Below are positions 20,451 through 29,724 of a stretch of DNA of 59,436 bases, one piece after another. This DNA comes from a virus. Its lineage: Duplodnaviria; Caudoviricetes. A program made the translations under genes and the position numbers. The first letter of the stretch is position 1. Every line of letters begins with the position of its first letter. The notes below the pieces were generated by a model. That model saw nothing but the letters and a program-made list of their open reading frames with translations. It was not told the origin of the DNA and did not search any database. The DNA lies in IMG/VR virus record IMGVR_UViG_3300020161_000132, positions 1-59,436 of that record; one strand, written 5' to 3'.

Positions 20451-22373
20451 ATGGCAATGAACATCATTCAGCTTCAGGACAACCTAAAGAACCTGTCTGA
20501 TCAGCAGCTTACTCAAGCCATGCAGATGCCATCACAGGACACGCCACCGTTCCTTGTTGTGTCGGAATTGAACCGCCGCAAGCAGATGCGCGACAGCTTT
20601 CAAGCGCAGCAAGCTAGCCAGAACCAAACTACAGTTGCACAGGATGTTGTTGCCGCTGCAGGAGTACCGCAGCAAGCTGCGTCAGATATGGCACAGTCCC
20701 TAGCTCCACAAACGGACATGGCTAATAACACTGGCATCATGTCTATCCCGCAGGGTGGCGAACCGCAGCAAATGGCTGCTGGCGGCATTGTGAAGATGGC
20801 CGAAGGCGGCGGTACTGCTAAAGCTAAGCCCTATATGCCCCGTACCGCTGCAGTGCTTAACGACCCCATCTTGATCACGATGGCAAGCCGCAAAGGCATG
20901 AGTGTCAACGACTATCTTCAGGCGATGTCTCCCGAAGAACGTAACCTAGTAGAATCGCAATCGGCAGCGCGTGCTAACCGGGACATAGGGGCAACCTTAG
21001 ACTTCTCGCAGATGGCTAACGCTAATATGAGCGAGGCCCCGTTTAATCCTTCAAGGTACACAGAGCAGCCCGTTAACCCTTCCTACGAAGAGCAGCTTAC
21101 GTCTGTGTTTCCGCCTGAGCCGGAACCTATTCGGGAACAGCGCCCCGATTTTGAAAGTTATGGGCGCGAAGGTGCTCCAACATCGCGAGAACGTGGGTAT
21201 GCTGCACGGTTGCCTTCGTTTGATGATATTCTTGCGCAAGGCTACGCCGCGCAAGACCAAGTCTCGGATAATAAACTTATTAAGCTTGCAAACCCCGCCC
21301 TGTTTGGAACGCAACTAGCGTATGACGCTATGGGTTCTGGCGAGTTTATGGAAGTCCCTACACTCACCGCTCAAGCGTATGATATGCTGGGGGTCGATCT
21401 ACCTAAGGTAGGTAGCAAGGTGGCTAGCGCTGCATCCACTGCATACGACGCCGTGTTTGGTACCAAGGGAGACCCCTATTCCGAGCTAACCCCCGACGAA
21501 TTGAACGCATTAGCTTCAGGTAAAATACCCCCCAAAGCCGCGGCTGCGCTGCAAGCCGCACGGATGAAACTGAAAACTGCACCGACGGATAAGCCCTCAC
21601 CGCCAGTGGGGGACCCTGCAAAAACTGCAGCGCAAGACAAAGCCGCAGACGCAAAACTTATCGCTCTTGCTAAAGCCGCTCCGGCAGCAGCCGCTGTCGC
21701 TGATAAAGCTGCCGCTAAAGCCGCGGCAGACGCCGCTGGTGGTTCCGGAGGAACGGGTGGTTCTGGTGGTTCCGGAGGAACGGGTGGCGGTGCGAGTGGC
21801 AAGCCTTCGACCTACGAGCAGATGCTCATGGATGCTATGACCAATGCCGACAAGAAAGCGAAGCAGGACAAGTGGCTTGCACTTGCTCAAATGGGTCTGT
21901 CTCTGATGTCCTCGGCACAGCCAAATATCGGCATGGCGCTCGGCGAAGCTGGGGCTAAAGGTATCGAAGCCCTGCAAGGCGCACGTGACCGGGCTGAATC
22001 GGAGAAGTTGGGCCTTAGCAAAGAACTATACGGTATCGACCTCATGCGCCAAAAGATGGCCGCTGCATCAGCAAAAGCAAACGCCGGAAGCTCGGGTCTC
22101 TCCGCAGCGGGCAAACGTACCATTGATGTAGCAAAACAAGCAGTCGATGCCGCCGCTGCGCGGTTAACTACGCTGGGGATTGATCCAAATATGGACCCTA
22201 ACGATCCTAACATACCGCCCACAATACGGATGGCGGCAGTGCAAGCGTTGAACGACTACAATACGTCTTATGGTAACTATCAATCGTTAATCGCTATGCT
22301 GAACTCTGGGATCAGCGCTATCCCCAGCGGCGCACCTACAGACCCAACTGCAGAAGTAGACGTAGCTGAGTAA
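20451..22373 (+). CDS. Internal virion / ejection protein
   Basis: 640 aa, Ala/Gln-rich; MAAGGIVKMAEGG; WLALAQMGLSLMS segment. Confidence 0.7.
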   Translation: MAMNIIQLQDNLKNLSDQQLTQAMQMPSQDTPPFLVVSELNRRKQMRDSFQAQQASQNQTTVAQDVVAAAGVPQQAASDMAQSLAPQTDMANNTGIMSIPQGGEPQQMAAGGIVKMAEGGGTAKAKPYMPRTAAVLNDPILITMASRKGMSVNDYLQAMSPEERNLVESQSAARANRDIGATLDFSQMANANMSEAPFNPSRYTEQPVNPSYEEQLTSVFPPEPEPIREQRPDFESYGREGAPTSRERGYAARLPSFDDILAQGYAAQDQVSDNKLIKLANPALFGTQLAYDAMGSGEFMEVPTLTAQAYDMLGVDLPKVGSKVASAASTAYDAVFGTKGDPYSELTPDELNALASGKIPPKAAAALQAARMKLKTAPTDKPSPPVGDPAKTAAQDKAADAKLIALAKAAPAAAAVADKAAAKAAADAAGGSGGTGGSGGSGGTGGGASGKPSTYEQMLMDAMTNADKKAKQDKWLALAQMGLSLMSSAQPNIGMALGEAGAKGIEALQGARDRAESEKLGLSKELYGIDLMRQKMAAASAKANAGSSGLSAAGKRTIDVAKQAVDAAAARLTTLGIDPNMDPNDPNIPPTIRMAAVQALNDYNTSYGNYQSLIAMLNSGISAIPSGAPTDPTAEVDVAE

Positions 22374-22430
22374 CCCTCTAGCCCAACACTACTAATGCAC
22401 GTATAGTATCTCCAACTATGGAGTTTGAGT

Positions 22431-25400
22431 ATGGGTAAGTTCCAAGCCCCCGGGCGCATGAGTGGTCGCACTTACAATTTTAACATCCGGGGTGACCTCC
22501 CAACTGAAGTTGAGCGTGGCCGTATCGCGCAGCATATCGCGGATAGCGAGACTGCATTTGCCCAGCAATACCAAGAGACTATGGGTCAGCCGCTTGCGGC
22601 TCCTGAAGATGATGGCACTGCAATCGGGCGCGGTTTTGAACTTGGCAAAGCTGGCGCTTACTCTCGCCTCGGCAGCGCCGCGGAGTATTTAGGCTCTGGA
22701 CTCGGCATTGATGCTCTGCGCGACTACGGCAAGGGTATGCGGCAATCTGGGGATACTGAAAGCTTCCTAGAAACCCTGCGGCAACCCGCCCCAACAGAAC
22801 TGAAAGATGTAAAAGGTCTTGGCAGTGCACTTACCTATCTTGGTGAAGGCGTGGGCCAAAGCGCTCCTGAGATGTTTGCACCTCTTGCTGCTACTGCAGT
22901 GGGTACAATGCTTGGAGGTCCAGTTGCGGGGGTAGGCGCGGGCGCAGCTACAGCCTTCCCGACCTTTTTCGGTGGTAACGTCCAACGGCAGGAAGCAGAA
23001 GTTGCGGCAGGCCGCAAGTCCGAAGTCGATGTTGCTTCCGCGGTAACTAGTGCAATCGGCCAGTCGGCGCTAAACGCCATTGGTGATAAACTGCTGCTTG
23101 GTGGGTTCCTGAAACCCGGCCAGAAATGGCTAACACGCACTGCGCTCGGCACTGTCGAAGGCGCTACGACCGAAATACCGACAGAAATCACGCAGCAAAT
23201 CCTTGAGCGCAAACAGGCGGGCCTGCCTCTTGATAGCGACGAAGCTATCAATGAGTACATAAACGCAGGTGTTCTTGGCGGCGTGTTGGGCGGCGGTGTT
23301 CGTGGCACTACGGCAATGTTCCAAGGCCAAGCAGCGGAAGATGATACGCCTCCGCCCCCCACAGAAGAAACGCAACTGGAGCTCCCGCTCGAGTACCGCC
23401 CCCAACTGCAACCGGGGCAAGAAGAAGGGGATTTATTTTCTATCGCCCCTCCGAAGCCCCGCGAGCCACAAACTGAAGAAGAAAAGTACGCAGAGTGGAA
23501 AGCTGAATCTGACGCAGCTAAAGCTAAAGTAGCTAAAGCTAAAGCCGATGCAGACGCCGCTCAAGCCGCCGCTGACGCTGCCAAAGGAACCCCCGATGCC
23601 CCCGCTGCGGCTAAAGCGGCTAAGCAAAAGAAGATCGTAGCAAGCCAAACAGAGAAGCAGGCAAACGCTGTCGATAAAAAGAAACCCGCCGAACCGTCAG
23701 TGGTAGTCGCACCGCCCGTAGAAGTGCAGCAAGAGTTGTTCCCAGAAACGCCTGCTGTTGAAACGCCTGCTGTTGAAACGCCTGCGCTAGAATTTTCTTA
23801 CGGAAAAGAGCGCGACAAAACCACGGCAGGAGAAGCTAGGCAAGTCATTGCTACTGGTAATAACGGCACTGTCGGGGCTGTAGAAGGTACAATTCTGAAG
23901 AATGCTGATGGAACCCCTTCATCGAAAATTCAAATCTATAACTCCAGCCTTGCAGACGAGCTTCGCGGTAATGGTCTTGGTACGCAAATGTATCAGGAGT
24001 TTATTTCCAAGGCGGCAAGCGAAGGACTCTCAGTAGTTTCGGATACGTCTGTAACTCCTCCCGCCGCCCGCGTTTATGCCGCGCTTGGAAAACTGGGCTA
24101 TGGGGTAAAGCAAGCTGAAAATACCGTGGCGGAGCCTGACGGACGCATCAAAACGCAAGATGGGTCGCCTGTATTTGAAATCGTGTCTACTCCAAATGAG
24201 GTGCAAAATGTCCAAGCTGTTAACCCTGAAGCAGTTGGAGCTAGCACTGAAGACGCTGGACTCAGCACGGAAACTGGAGGATCTGTCCCCGCTGCCGCTG
24301 GACCCGCCCAAGGGGCTGAAGAATCTGTCAATGGCGGAGTGGGCGAGCCTGCAGATGTTACTGACGGACTTGGAGAACCAACGAGCGAACAGCCCGCTGC
24401 ACTAAGCAAAAAAGTCGCGGACGTAGCTGATAAAATCCGTAATACCTACGGCATGGAGCTTACCCCTGCACAACTGCAAGAGCTGGAAGGCTACTTCGCT
24501 CCGGAACCAGAAGGCCCAAAAACTGATTGGGCTGCGTATGCTCGTAAAGCACCGGAGACAGCGGAAGAAGCGGGTAAGACTAAACTTGTCGATCTCACAC
24601 CGCGGCAAATCAATGACTTTGCGCAGAGCCTTGGGTCCACGGATCTTTCAGGGTTCCTCAACAAGCTGCTTACGACACCCACTGCCCCCACCGTAAGCAT
24701 GACAGAAACTAAGATACCGGGATACACGGAAATCCGCGAGCTGCAGCTTGTATTAGCGGAACGTCAAGCCATTGCAAACGACACCGCACAAGAAGCTTTG
24801 GAAATCGCTTGGAAGAACAGCGTACCAGAGGAGTTCATCGACGACTTTGAGACGTGGCAACCTGACGCGGAAATGCAGCGTAAACTGCCTGACATCACTA
24901 CGGCTGATGACAAAGGCAAAATCCTCGAACTTGTCCAGCGCACCACCAAGCAACTCGTAGGCGAAGCAAACAAGCCTGCAAGAAACGCACAGCTTTACTT
25001 CTCTCGGTTCCGCCGTCCGATAGACGCCATACAGTATATGGCCGAACTTATCCGTATGCAGGCACCTCAGTACAAGGCGCAGGAAATTGAAGGCGTAAAG
25101 CCAGAAGCTTCAGAGAAAGCTTTCAACCAAGGGCACGGTATGACTACTGCGCAAAATGCTTTGGATTGGGTTATGGCTAACCTTGATCCAAGCACACAGG
25201 CCCAAGTTGCGCTCTTAGTTTCCAAAGAACTAGCCCTAGCCCCTGCCGCTGCTGGGCGGGTATCGGCTTCTACACGCCGTATGGCTCAGTTCGACGAGGG
25301 CCGCGAAGCGTATCAAGGAGAAGTAGATACGCAGGTCGAAAAAGAAAGCGTAGAGGCGGCGCAAGCCAAACGCGAACTGCAAGCTGCTATCTCGGAAGCT

Positions 25401-28400
25401 AAAGCCAAGGCCAAAGCTATTGCAGATATCTCTCTGTACGAAGAGCAGATTGACCCAGAGTTGGTGATCAAACGGGCTGAAAAACGTGCTGCAGACACCG
25501 CCGCAGCAAAAGCTGCCGAAGATGCACGGATTGCCGCAGAAGAAGAAATGGAAGCTAACTTCTTCCGCAGGTTGCAGGAGATCGGCTTCAACCTGAAGCC
25601 CCGTATGTCTGACATTGCTAACCTGCTTGGGCAGCGTTTGGCTTCAGTTACGCAGAACCTACTGACTAACGGCAACCTGCGTACCGCCCTGTACAGCATC
25701 GCCGAAACCTCTTCGGAACCGCGCCTAGCCAAGCTGGCTATGAAGATGCGGGGGTTAGTCAAAGAGACTAAGGTGCGGATGGTAGACACTCTCTCCAGCC
25801 CTGACGGGCGCACCATGGCTGCGGCTTACGATCCGGCTACGGACACTATCTTGTTTAACCGCAGTGCCCCCGACTCCATGACTAACGTCACGGTGCTGCA
25901 CGAGGTGGCTCACGCCATCACTCATAAGGCGCTAAACAATCCCAGCCTACCTATCACACAGCAACTTACTAAGTTGTTTGAAGACGCTCAGAAGGCTATT
26001 GGGCCCGACACTATCGGCATGAACAACATCCATGAGTTCGTAGCGGAAGCGTTCACGAACAAGATGTTCCGCGATATGCTGCAAGCATCCTACCCGAACG
26101 GCGGTAAGTTCTCGGCTTGGCAACGGTTCAAGAATGCGGTGGGTAACTTCATCCGCCGTATCTTTGGGGCTCCTGCTAACGTGCTGGGCTCTCCGATGGA
26201 CGATCTGGATATGCACCTTGACCAACTGTTGGACACTTCGTCTGACGTTGTTGGCCCGCGCCCTGATCCTTCTCAGGGGCTCCTCTACCGTGCATCTAAT
26301 GACCCGAAAGAACTGACAGGCGTCATGGCGCGTATGTTCCGCGAGGAGCAGAAGTTTGGTGAACCCACCAAAGCTTTCCGTGACAACTGGGCTAACCGTG
26401 CCAAGGAACTGTACACAAACTCCAAGGGCCTGTTGTCTAAGGGCGTACTCGGCTTCAGTTCATTGCTGCAGTTGTCGGATGTGGCTACAGTTGCAGGGAT
26501 CAAGAACGCCCCCGACCTATATGATGCCGTGGCCAAGCTGGACGCTTCTACGATTGCCTCTGATCGCGAAGTTCAAGCAGCCTTGATACGTATGCAGGAG
26601 TGGGCCAAAAAGTTCCCAGAAAAGCGCTCGCTCTTGAACAAGATCGTAGCCTTCTCGACTATCAATCAAGTGGACCCCGAAAAGACTCGCGATGTCTACA
26701 CGCAGTACTGGCTCAAGTACGACCCGACCGGGAAGTTTGAAGATGGTATTAAGTACACAGGCTTTAAGACTGCAGCGGAGCGCGATGCTAAGCTGAAGGA
26801 GTTGCGGGACAAGTACGGCAAGGATAAAGCCAAATCCGCTGGTAATGCCAATATGGATAAGGCTGCTTTGCATGACGAGATGCAAGCAAGCTGGAAGGCT
26901 CTCGGGCCAGAAGGCCGCGCTATCTACAACCTGATGCGGATGACTTATCGTAAGCAGTTCATGGCTATGCGGGACGCTGTTGGTGGTAAAATCGACTTTG
27001 CGCTCGGAGCAAACTCTACGCTGGCAAACTCCGTCAAGAGCAACATCTACGAACGGTTCTTTGATTTCCGGTCGCTCGAACCCTACTTCCCGCTCGTCCG
27101 TAAGGGCGAGTTCTGGATGCAATACACTGTGCGTGACCCCGTAACCGGGGAAGATGAAGTGGTGAAGGAAGCCTTCGAGACTCGCGCAGAGCGGGATCGT
27201 GTGCGGTCTCTCCTGAAATCGGAAGTCCCGCAGGTCGCCCTAGACGCAAACGGCAACCCAGAAGTTCTTATGTATGAGAACAGCGGTCTAGAGCGCAGCC
27301 GTATCGGTGCGCCAGAGACTAAGTTTGTACGCGATGTGCTTAGTGCGCTTGTCGCAAACAAGGTAAGCGAAAAGGCTCAAAATGAAATCTCAGAGCTCTT
27401 CATCGACGCTTTGCCAGAAACAAGTTTTGCACGTGCTATCAAAGGCCGTAGCGGCGTGCGCGGGTTTGAATCTGACGCATTAGAAGCTTTCCGTCTTAAA
27501 GCCTTCACTCTTGGCCGTCAGGCCGCACGGTATCCGTTCATGCAGAAGGTGCAGGAAGAACGCGACAAGATCGCCGCACAGGGTACAGGGTCGGCCACTA
27601 ATGATCCTGTGCGTATGGCGTTGATCAAAGAACTTGTCATGCGTGCCGATACCGCTATGCACCCGCCGCAGGGCGCTTGGCAGGAAGTAGCCAAGGCAGC
27701 TAACCAGTTTGCCTTCACCTACACTCTCGGCCTGAACATCTCGTCTGCACTCGTCAACCTATCGGCAGTGCCGATTGTGATGGTCCCATATCTGTCTGGT
27801 AAGTATGGGTTGGCTAACACCACCCGCGCTACCCGTGCGGCTTACAAGCTGTTCTTGAACAGCGGGTTCAATACAACCCTCACTACGGCTACGAACGACG
27901 TGGTCAACGTGAAAGCTAGCCCATCTATCGACAACTACTTTGAGTTGAAGGACGTAAATGGCAAAATGGAGTACGTGCTGCGCACGGACTTGAACCTGTC
28001 TGACGCGCAGAAAAAACAAATGCAGGATATGCTGCCGCTGGTTAAGCTGGCTGCAGCGCAGGGACTCTTAAGCCGTTCCCTTACCTACGACACTCTCGGC
28101 GTAGAAAACTTCGGCCAAAATAAAACTATGTTGGATAAGCTGAGTATGCTGCAGGGGCTTCCATTCCACATGGTTGAACGGTCAAACCGTCAGGTCAGCT
28201 TGATGGCCTCTTACCAGATGGAACTTGATCGCCTGCGTAAGAACCCGACCGCAGCAGAGAAGTCTATGACTGACGCACAGAAGCAGGAACAGGCGGCGGA
28301 GAAGGCTGCGTACATGACTGCGGAGATGCACGGTACTCACACGCTATCTACTGCACCGCGCTACGCGCAGAGCGGTCTCGGGCGCATTGCGATGATGTTT

Positions 28401-29372
28401 AAAAGCTACGGCCTGAACATCGCCTATATGCAGTTTAAAATGCTGAAGCAGGGCTGCGAAAACTTGTTCCCCGGAAACGATGCAGAGGCACGGGCGCTGC
28501 GCAACACCGCCTTCAAGCAGCTTCTGGGGCTGCAACTCTCCACGGCTCTTATTGCAGGTGTGTCGGGTGTCCCGCTCTACGGCCTGTACCGCATGGTCGC
28601 CAATATGTTCCTTGGCGATGACGAAGAAGATGCCGATATGCTGACCCGTAAGGCTCTGGGGGAATGGGCATTCCGCGGCCCGCTAACAGAGGCACTGGGG
28701 ATCGACATCTCGTCGCGTACTGGTCTAAACGACCTGCTGTTCCGCGCTAACCCATATGCAAAGAACCAGTCAAATGCAGACTTCATCGCTGCGCTGATTG
28801 GAGGCCCTGCATGGTCTACAGGTAATCAGTTCTTGAGCGGCCTTAACGAGATGAAGCGGGCGGCGCTTGGTCAGGATGGAGACTTCCAACGCGGTCTGGA
28901 GAATATGCTGCCTCCGCTGCCGCGTAACGTCTTACAGTCTATTCGGTTTGAGGCTGAAGGGGCCCGTACTCGGCGTGGAGATGTGGTATTTAACGAGTTT
29001 TCGCTGGGTCAACTGCTGTGGAAAGTTACAGGCTTTAAACCCGCGGAACTCGCGCAGCGTGAAGAAATCACTCGCGGCGCTGCCCGTATGGATAAGGCTG
29101 TGGCGCAGGAGAAAACGCTGCTCTTGAACCGCCTCAATCTGGCAATGTCTCAGGGCGACCGCGGCGAGGAGCTTGAAGCTCGGAAGGACATCCAAGAGTA
29201 TAACGCAAAGGTTCGTGCAAAGTACCCCAATATGCAGATCACCCCAGAGACTATTAAGTCTTCAGGTACATCGTTCGAGCGTGTTTCGGCGCGTACCCAC
29301 AACGGCGTGACGTTCAACCCCGCTACGGAATCTTACTTTACCACTCTGCTCAGCGCCTACGGCGCAGACTAA
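22431..29372 (+). CDS. Large polyvalent ejection protein (~2313 aa) with GNAT-like and zincin metallopeptidase motifs
   Basis: ELRGNGLGTQMY acetyl-CoA-binding-like motif; VLHEVAH plus downstream HEFVAE; YFPLVRKG; last gene of the late block. Confidence 0.8.
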   Translation: MGKFQAPGRMSGRTYNFNIRGDLPTEVERGRIAQHIADSETAFAQQYQETMGQPLAAPEDDGTAIGRGFELGKAGAYSRLGSAAEYLGSGLGIDALRDYGKGMRQSGDTESFLETLRQPAPTELKDVKGLGSALTYLGEGVGQSAPEMFAPLAATAVGTMLGGPVAGVGAGAATAFPTFFGGNVQRQEAEVAAGRKSEVDVASAVTSAIGQSALNAIGDKLLLGGFLKPGQKWLTRTALGTVEGATTEIPTEITQQILERKQAGLPLDSDEAINEYINAGVLGGVLGGGVRGTTAMFQGQAAEDDTPPPPTEETQLELPLEYRPQLQPGQEEGDLFSIAPPKPREPQTEEEKYAEWKAESDAAKAKVAKAKADADAAQAAADAAKGTPDAPAAAKAAKQKKIVASQTEKQANAVDKKKPAEPSVVVAPPVEVQQELFPETPAVETPAVETPALEFSYGKERDKTTAGEARQVIATGNNGTVGAVEGTILKNADGTPSSKIQIYNSSLADELRGNGLGTQMYQEFISKAASEGLSVVSDTSVTPPAARVYAALGKLGYGVKQAENTVAEPDGRIKTQDGSPVFEIVSTPNEVQNVQAVNPEAVGASTEDAGLSTETGGSVPAAAGPAQGAEESVNGGVGEPADVTDGLGEPTSEQPAALSKKVADVADKIRNTYGMELTPAQLQELEGYFAPEPEGPKTDWAAYARKAPETAEEAGKTKLVDLTPRQINDFAQSLGSTDLSGFLNKLLTTPTAPTVSMTETKIPGYTEIRELQLVLAERQAIANDTAQEALEIAWKNSVPEEFIDDFETWQPDAEMQRKLPDITTADDKGKILELVQRTTKQLVGEANKPARNAQLYFSRFRRPIDAIQYMAELIRMQAPQYKAQEIEGVKPEASEKAFNQGHGMTTAQNALDWVMANLDPSTQAQVALLVSKELALAPAAAGRVSASTRRMAQFDEGREAYQGEVDTQVEKESVEAAQAKRELQAAISEAKAKAKAIADISLYEEQIDPELVIKRAEKRAADTAAAKAAEDARIAAEEEMEANFFRRLQEIGFNLKPRMSDIANLLGQRLASVTQNLLTNGNLRTALYSIAETSSEPRLAKLAMKMRGLVKETKVRMVDTLSSPDGRTMAAAYDPATDTILFNRSAPDSMTNVTVLHEVAHAITHKALNNPSLPITQQLTKLFEDAQKAIGPDTIGMNNIHEFVAEAFTNKMFRDMLQASYPNGGKFSAWQRFKNAVGNFIRRIFGAPANVLGSPMDDLDMHLDQLLDTSSDVVGPRPDPSQGLLYRASNDPKELTGVMARMFREEQKFGEPTKAFRDNWANRAKELYTNSKGLLSKGVLGFSSLLQLSDVATVAGIKNAPDLYDAVAKLDASTIASDREVQAALIRMQEWAKKFPEKRSLLNKIVAFSTINQVDPEKTRDVYTQYWLKYDPTGKFEDGIKYTGFKTAAERDAKLKELRDKYGKDKAKSAGNANMDKAALHDEMQASWKALGPEGRAIYNLMRMTYRKQFMAMRDAVGGKIDFALGANSTLANSVKSNIYERFFDFRSLEPYFPLVRKGEFWMQYTVRDPVTGEDEVVKEAFETRAERDRVRSLLKSEVPQVALDANGNPEVLMYENSGLERSRIGAPETKFVRDVLSALVANKVSEKAQNEISELFIDALPETSFARAIKGRSGVRGFESDALEAFRLKAFTLGRQAARYPFMQKVQEERDKIAAQGTGSATNDPVRMALIKELVMRADTAMHPPQGAWQEVAKAANQFAFTYTLGLNISSALVNLSAVPIVMVPYLSGKYGLANTTRATRAAYKLFLNSGFNTTLTTATNDVVNVKASPSIDNYFELKDVNGKMEYVLRTDLNLSDAQKKQMQDMLPLVKLAAAQGLLSRSLTYDTLGVENFGQNKTMLDKLSMLQGLPFHMVERSNRQVSLMASYQMELDRLRKNPTAAEKSMTDAQKQEQAAEKAAYMTAEMHGTHTLSTAPRYAQSGLGRIAMMFKSYGLNIAYMQFKMLKQGCENLFPGNDAEARALRNTAFKQLLGLQLSTALIAGVSGVPLYGLYRMVANMFLGDDEEDADMLTRKALGEWAFRGPLTEALGIDISSRTGLNDLLFRANPYAKNQSNADFIAALIGGPAWSTGNQFLSGLNEMKRAALGQDGDFQRGLENMLPPLPRNVLQSIRFEAEGARTRRGDVVFNEFSLGQLLWKVTGFKPAELAQREEITRGAARMDKAVAQEKTLLLNRLNLAMSQGDRGEELEARKDIQEYNAKVRAKYPNMQITPETIKSSGTSFERVSARTHNGVTFNPATESYFTTLLSAYGAD

Positions 29373-29404
29373 AGAAAAGGCCCCAGCGCTGCGAACGCTG
29401 GGGC
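29371..29404 (-). terminator. Rho-independent terminator ending the leftward transcription block
   Basis: 9-bp stem GCCCCAGCG/CGCTGGGGC followed on the - strand by CTTTTCTTT. Confidence 0.8.
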
Positions 29405-29455
29405 TAGTAGACGAGCAGTGGGTCTGGAGAACCCTGTGGCAGGGAGATCGCCACA
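29371..29455 (-). ncRNA. Candidate anti-Shine-Dalgarno small RNA (~85 nt)
   Basis: Hairpins UGUGGC-GAUCUCCCU-GCCACA and GGGU-UCUCCAG-ACCC, then the terminator; possible promoter TTCGCA-17-TATAGA at 29489-29461. Confidence 0.6.
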
Positions 29456-29466
29456 TCGGCTCTATA

Positions 29467-29724
29467 TCATGTGGTTCTCCATATGCGAAGCCCCAATTTG
29501 TAGTCTTCGATACAAACCCTAGTGGTCACTATCCAACCAAACATATCGGCTATTTCTATGACCTGCTTTTTGCAGGTGTCCACATTCATGCAGGGCACAA
29601 AGATAGACGCGCCGATATCCATATCCTCCCAGCTTACTGTGATAACTAAGCCGTCAGGTTCTAGATCACGTAATCTCCGCACCATCCACATGGTCCTTGA
29701 TTGCAAAATCCACGACGATAGCAT
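29467..29724 (-). CDS. Small hypothetical protein (start uncertain)
   Basis: Overlaps the primase 3' end; W..M..G.SIFVPC...LGLRIWR pattern. Confidence 0.65.
   Translation of the reverse strand: MLSSWILQSRTMWMVRRLRDLEPDGLVITVSWEDMDIGASIFVPCMNVDTCKKQVIEIADMFGWIVTTRVCIEDYKLGLRIWRTT

Noticed and set aside
21737-23790. Short tandem repeats at about 21737-21790 and 23745-23786 as regulatory or contingency loci
   Set aside because: They are in-frame repeats encoding Gly/Ser and ETPAV linkers, with unit lengths that are multiples of three
29420-29455. CsrB/RsmZ-like GGA-loop decoy on the + strand
   Set aside because: Both loops contain GGA on the + strand, but the terminator U-tract and the candidate promoter are both oriented for the - strand; kept only as a weaker alternative
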